Assembly (NCBI GenBank): GCA_046757525.1
Contig: JBHHYI010000067.1
Coordinates: 1-21,974 of the forward strand
DNA from: a bacterium
GTDB taxonomy: Bacteria; Zhuqueibacterota; Zhuqueibacteria; Oceanimicrobiales; Oceanimicrobiaceae
Reading direction: 5' to 3'
Length of the DNA stretch: 21,974 bases
Under the pieces are notes generated by a model that worked only from the letters and a program-made list of their open reading frames with translations, was not told the DNA's origin and did not search any database. Below, one piece after another: positions 1 through 8,352 of the stretch; position 1 is the first letter of the stretch, and every line of letters starts with the position of its first letter. The position numbers and the translations under genes were made by a program.

Positions 1-77
1 ATCAACTCGGACTGGCAATTCCGCTGCGCTCCATTGCCAGCCGGTTATGCGGAGCTACTTGCTAAAAGTCGTTAGGC
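1..77 (+). mobile_element. Integron attC-like recombination site, cut by the window edge and possibly degenerate
   Basis: ATCAAC (L''-like) at 1-6, hairpin CTGGCAAT/ATTGCCAG (12-19/33-40), GTTAT (L'-like) at 44-48, and core GTTAGGC (GTTRRRY) at 71-77. L'-to-R' spacing is about 15 nt longer than usual. Confidence 0.6.
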
Positions 78-82
78 CGAAG

Positions 83-108
83 GCTGAAGCAAGGCTTCAG
101 CACTCCAA
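83..108. repeat. REP-like palindrome
   Basis: Perfect 8-bp hairpin GCTGAAGC-AAG-GCTTCAGC followed by ACTCCAA, intergenic. Confidence 0.5.
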
Positions 109-189
109 GGACCCACCCAAAAGGCATGGGGATTATTCACAAGAGCCATGATCAACAAAGGAGGTCTCAATTCACGATGAGGTTCTCAA

Positions 190-1092
190 TCATTTCATCC
201 TGAGCTTTTTGAGCTTGTAGCGCAGGTTGCGTTCACTTAAACCCAGGAGCTCGGCCGCTTTTGTCTGCACACCCTGAGCTTTGTCCAGCGCTTCTTGAAT
301 CAGTTTCTTTTCATAAGCCGCTACCCGTTCTTCCAAATTTCTCGCGGCAAATCTTGTCTCGCTTGGCGACTCCTGCATCGAAAAGGGCAGGTCGTCGGTG
401 GTAATGATGTCCCCGCGACTCATCACCACCGCCTGTTCGATGATATTCTCCAACTCCCGCACATTGCCGGGATAGTCGTACTTCATGAGCAAATCCAGGG
501 CTTCTCTCGAAATACCATGAATGGGTTTTTGGTTCTCTTCAGTAAATCGCTTGAGAAAGTGGTCGATCAGCGGACGGATGTCGCTGCGGCGTTCCCGCAG
601 CGGCGGGATGGCGATGGTCACGACATTAAGGCGATAGTACAGATCTTCTCGAAACTGTCCGGCTTTGACCATTTTCTCCAGGTCGCGATGGGTGGCCGCA
701 ATGATGCGGGTGTCCACGCGAATCGTCTTGCTGCCACCGACGCGCTCAAATGCATGTTCCTGAATAGCTCTGAGCAATTTCACCTGCACGGCCGCTGGAA
801 GGTCGCCGACTTCATCGATGAACAGAGTGCCCTGGTGCGCGCGTTCAAACCGGCCCTTCCTTTGCTGCCAGGCTCCGGTGAAGGCCCCTTTTTCATGTCC
901 GAACAGTTCGCTCTCCAGCACGCCTTCTGAGAGGGCTGCACAATTCACCGCTACGAACGCACCATCCTTCCTGGAGCTGGCAGCGTGAATCGCGAGCGCG
1001 ACTTGCTCTTTGCCTGTACCGCTTTCGCCCTGAATCAGAACCGTTGCTTTGCTCGCTGCAACTCTGGCTGCCCGATTCAGCACCTCTTCCAT
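190..1092 (-). pseudogene. N-terminally truncated sigma-54-dependent activator (AAA+ and Fis-type HTH, receiver domain missing)
   Basis: [24 protein letters not shown]-like [10 protein letters not shown] and C-terminal [18 protein letters not shown] are intact. The frame closes 12 codons upstream of the Met, just before the REC-AAA linker HQSPEM. Confidence 0.8.
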
Positions 1093-1244
1093 CTCCGGAC
1101 TCTGATGTCTTTGCGACTCTGAGTTATCTCAATATAACCAACGACAATGCCGAGAAAGGCCAATATGGCCACCAGCGATATGATGAACCTTGGTCGCGCT
1201 GTCCCCCATCTTGTGGGTATTAAGGATTGCCCTGTCTTATTCAT
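1077..1244 (-). pseudogene. 55-aa remnant resembling the first TM segment of a sensor histidine kinase
   Basis: Hand translation [55 protein letters not shown] has one TM helix, then runs out of frame into the truncated activator. Not in the supplied ORF track. Confidence 0.55.
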
Positions 1245-1363
1245 GCTTGCTTAGCCGAGTTTGGAGATTTTTCTGGTGTTAGTCAACTTAGGGCAAAATA
1301 GGAAACTACAACAATATTAGCAAGGTCTATTAGTGTTCCCCAGGGAACCCTTCATGATTTAAA

Positions 1364-1666
1364 TCAGCTAAGCATTAGATTTCGCAAATAAATCGTAACT
1401 CTGGCCAGCTCCAGGATCATATTTAGCTTGTGTTCAGGAACTGTGTTTACTTTTTCGATTAGATCAATTAGTGCTTTGGCAAAAGTTGGTTCACCCATAC
1501 ACTCCTGCTCATGTCTTGAGGCCATTTCTTGGATGTTTTTCATGGTTAAACCGGGCAACTCTCCATCTCTGGCTGAAATAAGCTTCATGACTTTTTCTGC
1601 CAACAGGCTGTTGTTTACATAAAACGACAATGGAAGCCGCACCTTTCTATTTTTAGTATTGCCCAT
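1364..1666 (-). CDS. Hypothetical protein, about 100 aa, predicted helical
   Basis: GGAGG lies 5 nt before the ATG at 1666. The longer ORF to 1780 overlaps a terminator and the upstream gene. No recognisable motif. Confidence 0.55.
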   Translation of the reverse strand: MGNTKNRKVRLPLSFYVNNSLLAEKVMKLISARDGELPGLTMKNIQEMASRHEQECMGEPTFAKALIDLIEKVNTVPEHKLNMILELARVTIYLRNLMLS

Positions 1667-1697
1667 CACTGCCTCCATGAGGTGACCATGGTCATAT

Positions 1698-1731
1698 AAA
1701 AAAGCAGCCCGGTATCTTGCTACCAGGCTGC
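1698..1731 (-). terminator. Rho-independent terminator after the cupredoxin gene
   Basis: 11-bp stem GCAGCCUGGUA/UACCGGGCUGC with one G-U pair, followed by U6 on the minus strand. Confidence 0.8.
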
Positions 1732-1763
1732 CCTCATCTATTTCCGTAGTTTTTCTTGCAGAC

Positions 1764-2516
1764 TTACTTAAAAGCTGCATTTGCCGTGGTAACCTCGCCG
1801 GCTTTTACCCCAACCTGTTGGGACTGCTGCCCAAGTTTCTCCTGCCAGATTTCAAGTTCGTACGTGCCGGGAGGCACATTGGTCAACTCAAAGTTCCCGT
1901 CTGCGTCGGTTACCGCATAGTATGGATTTGCTGCCACGACAATCCAGGCTTGCATCCAACTATGAACGTCGCAAGTGATTTTGACGAATTCTGGTTTGTC
2001 GAAGCCAAATTTTATTTTCTTCAAGAATTTTGGTTGGGCCCTGTTGAATTCTGGATTGACTTGACTGCGCGTATGAATGTTATGCAGAATGCCGTCATCA
2101 TTTAGCATATTGAGTTTTTGTCCAACAGGCACAATTAGCACATGAGGTGAAAACATACAACCCTTTTGATTCATTTCCAGGCTGGCTTCGTCGAAAGCCC
2201 ACTTTTTACCCGATTTGACATTCTTGAGGAAAACAACCACATTCTCGAGGCCTCTGTTTTCAGAATTCACAATCAGGGATTCATCTGTTTTGTGTTTACC
2301 ACATACCTTTTTGTCCTTGTTGACTTTAATTTCTTTGATCGCAGGTACTTCACCCGAAAAGGTAATTGTGCCACGAATGGTTCCCCCGTTCTTAACGTCA
2401 GTCGCGGTGTAATCTGCATCATTAGCTCCGCCTGCTGTCTGTACAGCAGCACCCAACAACAGCGTCAACATCGCTGCGGCATGGATTTTGATTGTAGCCT
2501 TGATTAAGTGTTTCAT
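1764..2516 (-). CDS. Exported cupredoxin-like type-1 copper protein with carboxypeptidase-regulatory-like beta-sandwich domain
   Basis: Signal peptide; NQKGCMFSPHV; type-1 Cu ligand set H(NIH)...C-DV-H-SW-M; C-terminal AVTDADGNFELTNVPPGTYEL. RBS GAGGG favours the start at 2516 (alternative 2528). Confidence 0.85.
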   Translation of the reverse strand: MKHLIKATIKIHAAAMLTLLLGAAVQTAGGANDADYTATDVKNGGTIRGTITFSGEVPAIKEIKVNKDKKVCGKHKTDESLIVNSENRGLENVVVFLKNVKSGKKWAFDEASLEMNQKGCMFSPHVLIVPVGQKLNMLNDDGILHNIHTRSQVNPEFNRAQPKFLKKIKFGFDKPEFVKITCDVHSWMQAWIVVAANPYYAVTDADGNFELTNVPPGTYELEIWQEKLGQQSQQVGVKAGEVTTANAAFK

Positions 2517-2592
2517 CTTTACCCTCATTGGTTTTGAACTGAAATTAACACAGGCCCGACAAACAAGCCAGGCCGGTCCGGATTAGCGTAAT

Positions 2593-3936
2593 TCAGAAAG
2601 CAAATTGCACGCCCGCAATGAGTTTGTCGCTCTGGCCGCGCATCGCCAGACGATATTCCGCGGTCAAGCGGACCTGGTAAATGTTTGGCAGGGGCAGAAA
2701 CTGCGTGCCAAACACCATGGCGTCGGTATTGGACGTGACCATTTCACCGTGCATGTGGCCATGTCCCCCAGCAACGCTGTGCATGTCCATTTCACCGCCG
2801 GCATGCTCATCGTGCCCGGCGGCAGGCAAGTCGTTGAATCGCACGGCATCGAAGCGCCACGAAAACATCACTTTTTCGGATGGAACATAATCCACCCCCA
2901 GGAATCCACCGTAGTACCTCCCTATCGCAGCCGTCTGCAAGGCCAACGGATTGCTGTCTCTGCCGTAAAGTACCAAGCCGTAAACGTTGAACAGCGTAGA
3001 AATATTGGAATCGAAGTCCAGCCCGATACGGAAAAAGTTGTTGTCAACCGTCATGAGCGCATCCGCACGGCCTCCATCTGGTCCTGTTGCTACCTCATCT
3101 GCATGATCATGCACTGCCATGGCCAGGTTCTGTGAACCCACATAGGTAAAGGCGCCGACCATGGTGTTGGCAAGACTGGTCCCAATGCGACCAAACACCT
3201 GATTGAATTTGCTTGAAGAAAAGTCGCCGGTGCCGTTTACAAAGGCGAGGTCAAAAGTTGTTCGCACTTCATTGTAGTTGTCCCCGCCCAGTCTCAAGGC
3301 CTTCAAAGTGATGCCGTATTGCGGCATACTCAACATGATCGAGTTTTCTCCCGGCATGGCATTGTAGATGGCATATTCCATCTCGCTCAACTTGGTCTTG
3401 GCCGGCGAAAATCGCAGCGGCATTTCCGACATTCCGTAACGCAGGCTCAATCGGTTGACATTGGACCTGCCGAAATGGAGATTGTATTGGCCCCACATCT
3501 CGTGTGGCGTACCGCCAAAAAGCTTCTCAAATTCGTTGTTTTCGATCATGTGTTTATGAAACCACCAACTTATCCGATTCCCCCAAATGCTGCCGCCACT
3601 GATGAGTTGGGCTGTCCTGATGTTGACATCTCCTTCCATGTGCGACGGGTTTGAGTTAATTGCATCTACCTTGAACCTCACTGCAACCGGAAAGTATCTA
3701 AAAAATCTCTTGACCGGGGATTCTTCTAAGCCGGTGTAATCCATCTTAGGCAGTTCGTAACCGGTTGATTTGACATACCAACCGTAATCGTTTGTTTTTG
3801 GGAATGACACGTGGCACTTGTTGCAACTGTCCACCAGCCGGCGTGCAAACCAGGGATAGGCATAAACATCGCTGGTCGAATGAAATACAAATAGTACCCC
3901 GAACAGGACCGCAAAACCGAATAACCTGGATTTCAT
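2593..3936 (-). CDS. Cyc2-like fused monohaem cytochrome c / outer-membrane beta-barrel with His/Met-rich insertions
   Basis: Signal peptide, then AYPWFARR-x4-CNKCH-x3-PKTNDYG-x3-K-x2-GY, matching the Cyc2 N-terminal signature. Amphipathic beta-strands follow and the protein ends in GVQFAF (terminal Phe). GGAGG lies 8 nt before ATG 3936. Confidence 0.8.
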   Translation of the reverse strand: MKSRLFGFAVLFGVLFVFHSTSDVYAYPWFARRLVDSCNKCHVSFPKTNDYGWYVKSTGYELPKMDYTGLEESPVKRFFRYFPVAVRFKVDAINSNPSHMEGDVNIRTAQLISGGSIWGNRISWWFHKHMIENNEFEKLFGGTPHEMWGQYNLHFGRSNVNRLSLRYGMSEMPLRFSPAKTKLSEMEYAIYNAMPGENSIMLSMPQYGITLKALRLGGDNYNEVRTTFDLAFVNGTGDFSSSKFNQVFGRIGTSLANTMVGAFTYVGSQNLAMAVHDHADEVATGPDGGRADALMTVDNNFFRIGLDFDSNISTLFNVYGLVLYGRDSNPLALQTAAIGRYYGGFLGVDYVPSEKVMFSWRFDAVRFNDLPAAGHDEHAGGEMDMHSVAGGHGHMHGEMVTSNTDAMVFGTQFLPLPNIYQVRLTAEYRLAMRGQSDKLIAGVQFAF

Positions 3937-4013
3937 TTTTATTACCTCCATCTAATTTTAGTGAATATTTATTTTTCCTGACGCGATGTGGTTATTTATT
4001 TTGATTGTGTCAA

Positions 4014-4029
4014 TACAATTTGTGTACCA
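4014..4029 (-). promoter_or_regulatory. Sigma-54 -24/-12 promoter for the cytochrome-porin/cupredoxin unit
   Basis: Minus strand reads TGGTACACAAATTGTA versus consensus TGGCACNNNNNTTGCA. GG-N10-G spacing is exact, with two mismatches. Confidence 0.65.
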
Positions 4030-4042
4030 TTCGCTCTAAAAT

Positions 4043-4075
4043 AAAAAAGCCACTTATCTAATCATGATAAGTGGC
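4043..4075 (-). terminator. Hairpin plus U-tract (terminator, or operator palindrome)
   Basis: Perfect 10-bp inverted repeat GCCACTTATC-N7-GATAAGTGGC (4049-4075), followed by T6 on the minus strand. Confidence 0.6.
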
Positions 4076-4079
4076 ATAG

Positions 4080-4092
4080 TATCAAATTCTTA
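4080..4092. promoter_or_regulatory. IHF-binding site
   Basis: TATCAAATTCTTA is an exact match to WATCAANNNNTTR and lies between the promoter and the enhancer sites. Confidence 0.6.
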
Positions 4093-4147
4093 TGAATTAT
4101 GCTAAATCACTATTCAATCAATGGTTCTGAATTGAAAGCAGCAAAAT

Positions 4148-4189
4148 GCGACATCAGGCGTCGCCTCAACGAAATTCTGTGTCGCCTCA
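4148..4189. promoter_or_regulatory. Tandem upstream activator sites for a sigma-54 activator
   Basis: GCGAC-N7-GTCGC (4148-4164) and imperfect ACGAA-N7-GTCGC (4169-4185) are offset by 21 bp and both followed by CTCA. Confidence 0.65.
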
Positions 4190-4696
4190 CGCGCTTTTTG
4201 TAGAAATGGTTTCTTTGGACCTGAAATTAGTGTGCCTGTGGGGAAACGACCTGCATCTCCAGGGGCAAACCTGGTACTCTAACAGCACCCGACGACCCGT
4301 GGGGCGGTTTATTCGTAAGAAACCTACGAGGAGTGTAAAGAATTGGTCCGCTGGAAGTATTCTTACAAGACCGTTCCGTTGCAAAAATATCCGGCAGTTG
4401 CCGGACTGATTTTTGCACTCCGGTTCAAAGATCGTTTGTTTGGACTCCTGGCACAACTATCTGATTATACGGTACTTGAAAAGAATTCCCCTTTTGGGAA
4501 GGGGGACGGTTTTTGAAGCGTCTAGCGAAAAAACCAGGGGGATTTTAAGAGGCGTCCTGAAAACCCAAGTCATGGTTAGTCCGGCCAGACATCCCTCTGA
4601 TTTTCGCTCTCCACGAGCGAAAATCAAGGGAGAATGGGCTACGCAATCGAGACGGTTGTGTTACGAAGAGCAGGCGTTTCTTAGAGGCACTGTGCG

Positions 4697-4805
4697 AGTC
4701 ATCCCGAGTCAGTCACTGTTGTTCAAGTGACCGTATCGAGGGGTGACGGGCGTCGCCCTTCGATACGTCCCGACCAAAAAGCGGTCGGGACTACTCAGGA
4801 CGACT
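4697..4805. repeat. Branched palindromic element (REP-like or structured RNA)
   Basis: Outer stem 4697-4709/4793-4805 encloses three hairpins: 4712-4731, 4732-4767 (17-bp arms) and 4767-4791 (perfect 9 bp). Confidence 0.65.
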
Positions 4806-5002
4806 ACCATTGGGCTCAAAGAAAAACAACTGACATTCCGCTCCAGTGGAGCGTTTCTTGGAAGCACTGTGCACTCTTTGCGTGCTTTTTCATCAAAGCA
4901 ATGCCTCGCAAACGAGACGTTTGCGTTGCGTGGAACGGGCGTTCCAGAAAGTGGGTCAGCGGGGGCCGCCATTGGGATGTTCTCTGGTACGGTCAGAATC
5001 GA

Positions 5003-6397
5003 CTATTTCTCGCGAATTCCGTACTTATGCACCAGCCTCTGAATGCTTCTCACTGTCACGCCAGCCATTTCAGCAGCTCTGGCGACATTCCCTTCAGCCG
5101 CGCGGTAAAGGGCTTGAATGTACTGTTCCTCGAACATTTCAGTAAACTGCTTTCGCGCCTCTTCGAGCTTGAGACTTGTTATAGGGAATTGGTAATTAGG
5201 GTGCGTTTCAGCTCCTCTGATACGTGCTGGCAGCGATGAAGGAAGAATAATGTCCCCTTGTCCGAGGGTGACACAACTGTGAATGACGTTTTCCAATTCG
5301 CGAACATTGCCAGGCCAGGGGTACTGCTTGAGCAACTGCATGGCATCATTAGCAATCGCCTTAATGCTTTTTCCGGCAAGTAGATTGTGCCGTTGCAAGA
5401 AATGATTGGCCAACAATGGAATGTCTTCTTTCCGGTCACGCAGAGGAGGCAGCTTGATGTTGACCACATTGAGTCGATAATACAAATCTTCGCGAAAAAC
5501 CCCCTCTTGTACCGCTTGCAGGAGATTCTTGTTGGAGGCCGTAATAAAACGCGCCTTGACTTCACGTGTAGAATTGCTACCCAAACGTTGATATTGACGC
5601 TCCTGGAGCACGCGCAAAAACTTTTGCTGCATGTCCAGATTCATGTCTCCGATTTCATCCAAAAAGATCGTACCAGAGTTGGCAAACTCCAGTTTGCCAA
5701 TGCGGCGGTCCACCGCACCTGTAAAGGCACCTTTTTCATGACCGAAGAGTTCACTTGCCAACAGGTCTTGTGGCAACACGGTACAATTAATGGCAACAAA
5801 TGGTTCGTGGGCCTTTGGGCCGTGATTATGAATAGCCTTTGCCACTAATTCCTTGCCCGTTCCGCTTTCCCCTTCGATGAGCACTGTGGTGAGGTTGGAT
5901 GTAGCTGTTACCGCCCCAATCGCCTTGTAGATTTCCTGCATCGCCTGACTGCTGCCGACAATTTCTTCGTTGTCGCCGTTTGAACCCAAACGCGATTGCA
6001 GATCGGTCAACTCACGCTTGAGCTTCAAAGTCTCCAGCGCTCTTTTTGTTGTCAGCTTGATTTTCTCGCGATCAAGAGGTTTTGTGATGTACTCATACGC
6101 GCCTAACTGCACAGCGCGAATCGCGTTTTGCATCGTGCCATGACCCGTCATGACAATTACCGGGATGTCGATCTCTTTTTCTCTTAACGTTTCCAGAGCC
6201 TCAAGTCCGCTGATCTCTGGCATCGCGATGTCCAAGTAAATAGCCTGGACCTCTTCTGTATTTACTTTTTCAATGCATTCTCTACCATCAGCGGCCGTGA
6301 CCACTTCATAACCCTCTCTTCGCAAAGTCATGCTTAATGAGTAAAGAATACCGGGATCATCGTCGACAATCATTATTCTCGCTTTGCTCACAACCAT
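5003..6397 (-). CDS. NtrC/AtoC/ZraR-family sigma-54 response regulator (REC-AAA+-HTH)
   Basis: IVDDD, phosphoacceptor [36 protein letters not shown] and a C-terminal HTH. Confidence 0.95.
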   Translation of the reverse strand: MVVSKARIMIVDDDPGILYSLSMTLRREGYEVVTAADGRECIEKVNTEEVQAIYLDIAMPEISGLEALETLREKEIDIPVIVMTGHGTMQNAIRAVQLGAYEYITKPLDREKIKLTTKRALETLKLKRELTDLQSRLGSNGDNEEIVGSSQAMQEIYKAIGAVTATSNLTTVLIEGESGTGKELVAKAIHNHGPKAHEPFVAINCTVLPQDLLASELFGHEKGAFTGAVDRRIGKLEFANSGTIFLDEIGDMNLDMQQKFLRVLQERQYQRLGSNSTREVKARFITASNKNLLQAVQEGVFREDLYYRLNVVNIKLPPLRDRKEDIPLLANHFLQRHNLLAGKSIKAIANDAMQLLKQYPWPGNVRELENVIHSCVTLGQGDIILPSSLPARIRGAETHPNYQFPITSLKLEEARKQFTEMFEEQYIQALYRAAEGNVARAAEMAGVTVRSIQRLVHKYGIREK

Positions 6398-6421
6398 GCC
6401 CTTAGAGTAGTTTGCTCATTT

Positions 6422-8326
6422 CTAACTTGATGACTGCTTGAGCGGCAACAATACACTAAATGTGCTGCCCAGGCTTACCTTGCTCTCAACCAATAGAAGG
6501 CCGCCATGTTCTCCCACAGCACGCTTAGCCATGGTCAAACCCAGACCCGTGCCGTGCGTTTTACTGGTAAAAAATGGGTCAAAAATTCGACCTAAATCTT
6601 CAGATGGGATACCACGGCCGTTGTCAGTCACTCGTATGTCAACTACCTTCTGACCCTTTTTGAGGGAAACATACTTAGGTTCAACGTTGCCCTTCAAAGT
6701 ATTCTCCAACGTTCTCAAAACAGTTTCAACCAAAATCATACCTTTTTCTTGCACAGCGTCCGTGGCGTTGAGCAAGAGGTTAATCAACGCTTCCCGCATC
6801 ATCTCAACGTCCACGTCCAAAAGTGGTAGCCCGCGGCCAAGATTCTTCTGGAGCTTTATTTGTTTTCTCTGCAATTGGTACCTGCAAAAGGCCAGACTCT
6901 GCTCCACTAACTCATTAATACTCGCTGACTGAAATTTGATTTCGCTGGGCTTGGCAAATGCCAAGAGCTGCCGCACAATGGCTTCCATCCGATTGACCGA
7001 TTCAATGGCAACATCCAGAGATTTTGCTTCTTCCGTGTTTTTGTCGAAGGAATCGGTCATACACTGCAGAATCAGGTTGACCGAAGAGAGGGAGTTGCGC
7101 ATTTCATGAGCGATGATCGCTGCCATTTCTCCGGTCGCTGAAAGTTTCTCGGTGCGAATAAGTTGTTCTTCAAACCGCTTACGGGCAGTGATGTCCGTTA
7201 CGATTTCCAAGATTTTCTCGGTGTGGTCATTGCGCATAATAGGGATGGCCATGTGCTCCAAAAATCTATCCTCGCCAACAGGATTCAAAATGTGGGCCTC
7301 GGCTGACTGCACTTTTCCAGTTTTGAGCGCCTTGCGGCTGGGACACTGGGAATCGGATTTGTAAAGCAGTTCACTCAACGCACAAGTTTTGCCAATGACG
7401 TCCTCTTTCCGTTTGTTCAAGACCGTCTCAAATTGCGAACTAACCGACTCAACCTGCAACTTGGTGTTCAACATCAGAAAGGCGCTGGGTACATTGTCCA
7501 GAATCAACTGAAGTTTGTTTTTTTCCCCTTGCAGTTCTCTTGTCCGTTGCTCAACCAGTTGCTCAAGTTGGTGCTCATGCCTTTTAATGGCCTCGGCCAT
7601 CATATTGAAGGATTCCCCCAGATGCTCGATTTCATCGCCGGTCTTGATCTCAACTCTTTGAGACAGATCACCGGTGGCCATGCGGCGAGTAATTTGAATC
7701 AGGTCAATTATGTTCCTGCGAAGTCGCCGGTCCACAAAAACAAGAATGACGGTCCCGAGCGCAACGACGGCTATCGCCATCTTGAAACCCCAAAGGCTAA
7801 TATGCGCCAGTCGCTGATTGGCAGAAGCGGTGTTCACAGCCAACTGCATGAGGCCGATGTTTCGATTCTCGAAGACCACCTGCGTCGTAATGAGAAAGGT
7901 ATGGCCAGATGAGTGGAACAATCCTTTTGGCTTTGTGCCTATTTCTTGCACGCGTAGGGATTGGTCTTCAAAAATATTCTTGTGGATCTCAAATGGTTGG
8001 TAGGCTTTGAGGTTTCCGGTTTGTGCAACAATGTTGCCGCTATCATCTTTGGCCACAACGAAAATCATGTCCTGCTGGGCGTAGGCTACACTCAAATGGC
8101 GCTGCAGTTCTGCCAGCTCGCCTTCAGCAAACGACTTGGCGCTGAAAGCGGCAAAAGAGCGAGCGTAGGAGGCGTAGTTCTCCCACATCACCTCTTCGAT
8201 AAGCTCGTGAATGCTTCGGACCGTAAGAAAGCTAAACGTGCCACCGATGATCACCAGAAGTAGAATAATGGAAAAGATGACACGCAGCCGTAGGCTTAGA
8301 GTAGAGTGTTTGAAAAATGCCTGCAT
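6422..8326 (-). CDS. Membrane sensor histidine kinase (2 TM, HAMP, PAS, HisKA, HATPase)
   Basis: HAMP DEIEHLGESFNMM, PAS ending VTDITARK, H-box AHEMRN, N-box NLLLNA, DNGRGI, FDPFFTSK and GTGLGL. Confidence 0.95.
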   Translation of the reverse strand: MQAFFKHSTLSLRLRVIFSIILLLVIIGGTFSFLTVRSIHELIEEVMWENYASYARSFAAFSAKSFAEGELAELQRHLSVAYAQQDMIFVVAKDDSGNIVAQTGNLKAYQPFEIHKNIFEDQSLRVQEIGTKPKGLFHSSGHTFLITTQVVFENRNIGLMQLAVNTASANQRLAHISLWGFKMAIAVVALGTVILVFVDRRLRRNIIDLIQITRRMATGDLSQRVEIKTGDEIEHLGESFNMMAEAIKRHEHQLEQLVEQRTRELQGEKNKLQLILDNVPSAFLMLNTKLQVESVSSQFETVLNKRKEDVIGKTCALSELLYKSDSQCPSRKALKTGKVQSAEAHILNPVGEDRFLEHMAIPIMRNDHTEKILEIVTDITARKRFEEQLIRTEKLSATGEMAAIIAHEMRNSLSSVNLILQCMTDSFDKNTEEAKSLDVAIESVNRMEAIVRQLLAFAKPSEIKFQSASINELVEQSLAFCRYQLQRKQIKLQKNLGRGLPLLDVDVEMMREALINLLLNATDAVQEKGMILVETVLRTLENTLKGNVEPKYVSLKKGQKVVDIRVTDNGRGIPSEDLGRIFDPFFTSKTHGTGLGLTMAKRAVGEHGGLLLVESKVSLGSTFSVLLPLKQSSS

Positions 8327-8352
8327 TGGAAATCTTCACAGCGGTTTTGAAC

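Noticed and set aside
1106..1130. TGT-starting sequence at the activator truncation read as a Tn7/Mu-type transposon end
   Set aside because: There are no repeated transposase-binding sites and no transposase. The sequence is better explained as coding for the TM remnant ORF.
2593..3936. Concluding that the organism is an iron oxidiser
   Set aside because: The motif supports Cyc2-like architecture only. The substrate cannot be read from sequence and the context points to copper.
4674..4872. CRISPR array
   Set aside because: Only two 22-bp copies with a 155-bp gap, and no cas genes.
4146..5239. Short ORFs in the intergenic region between the porin gene and the regulator
   Set aside because: They have no recognisable motifs or good RBS, and they overlap regulatory sites and palindromes.
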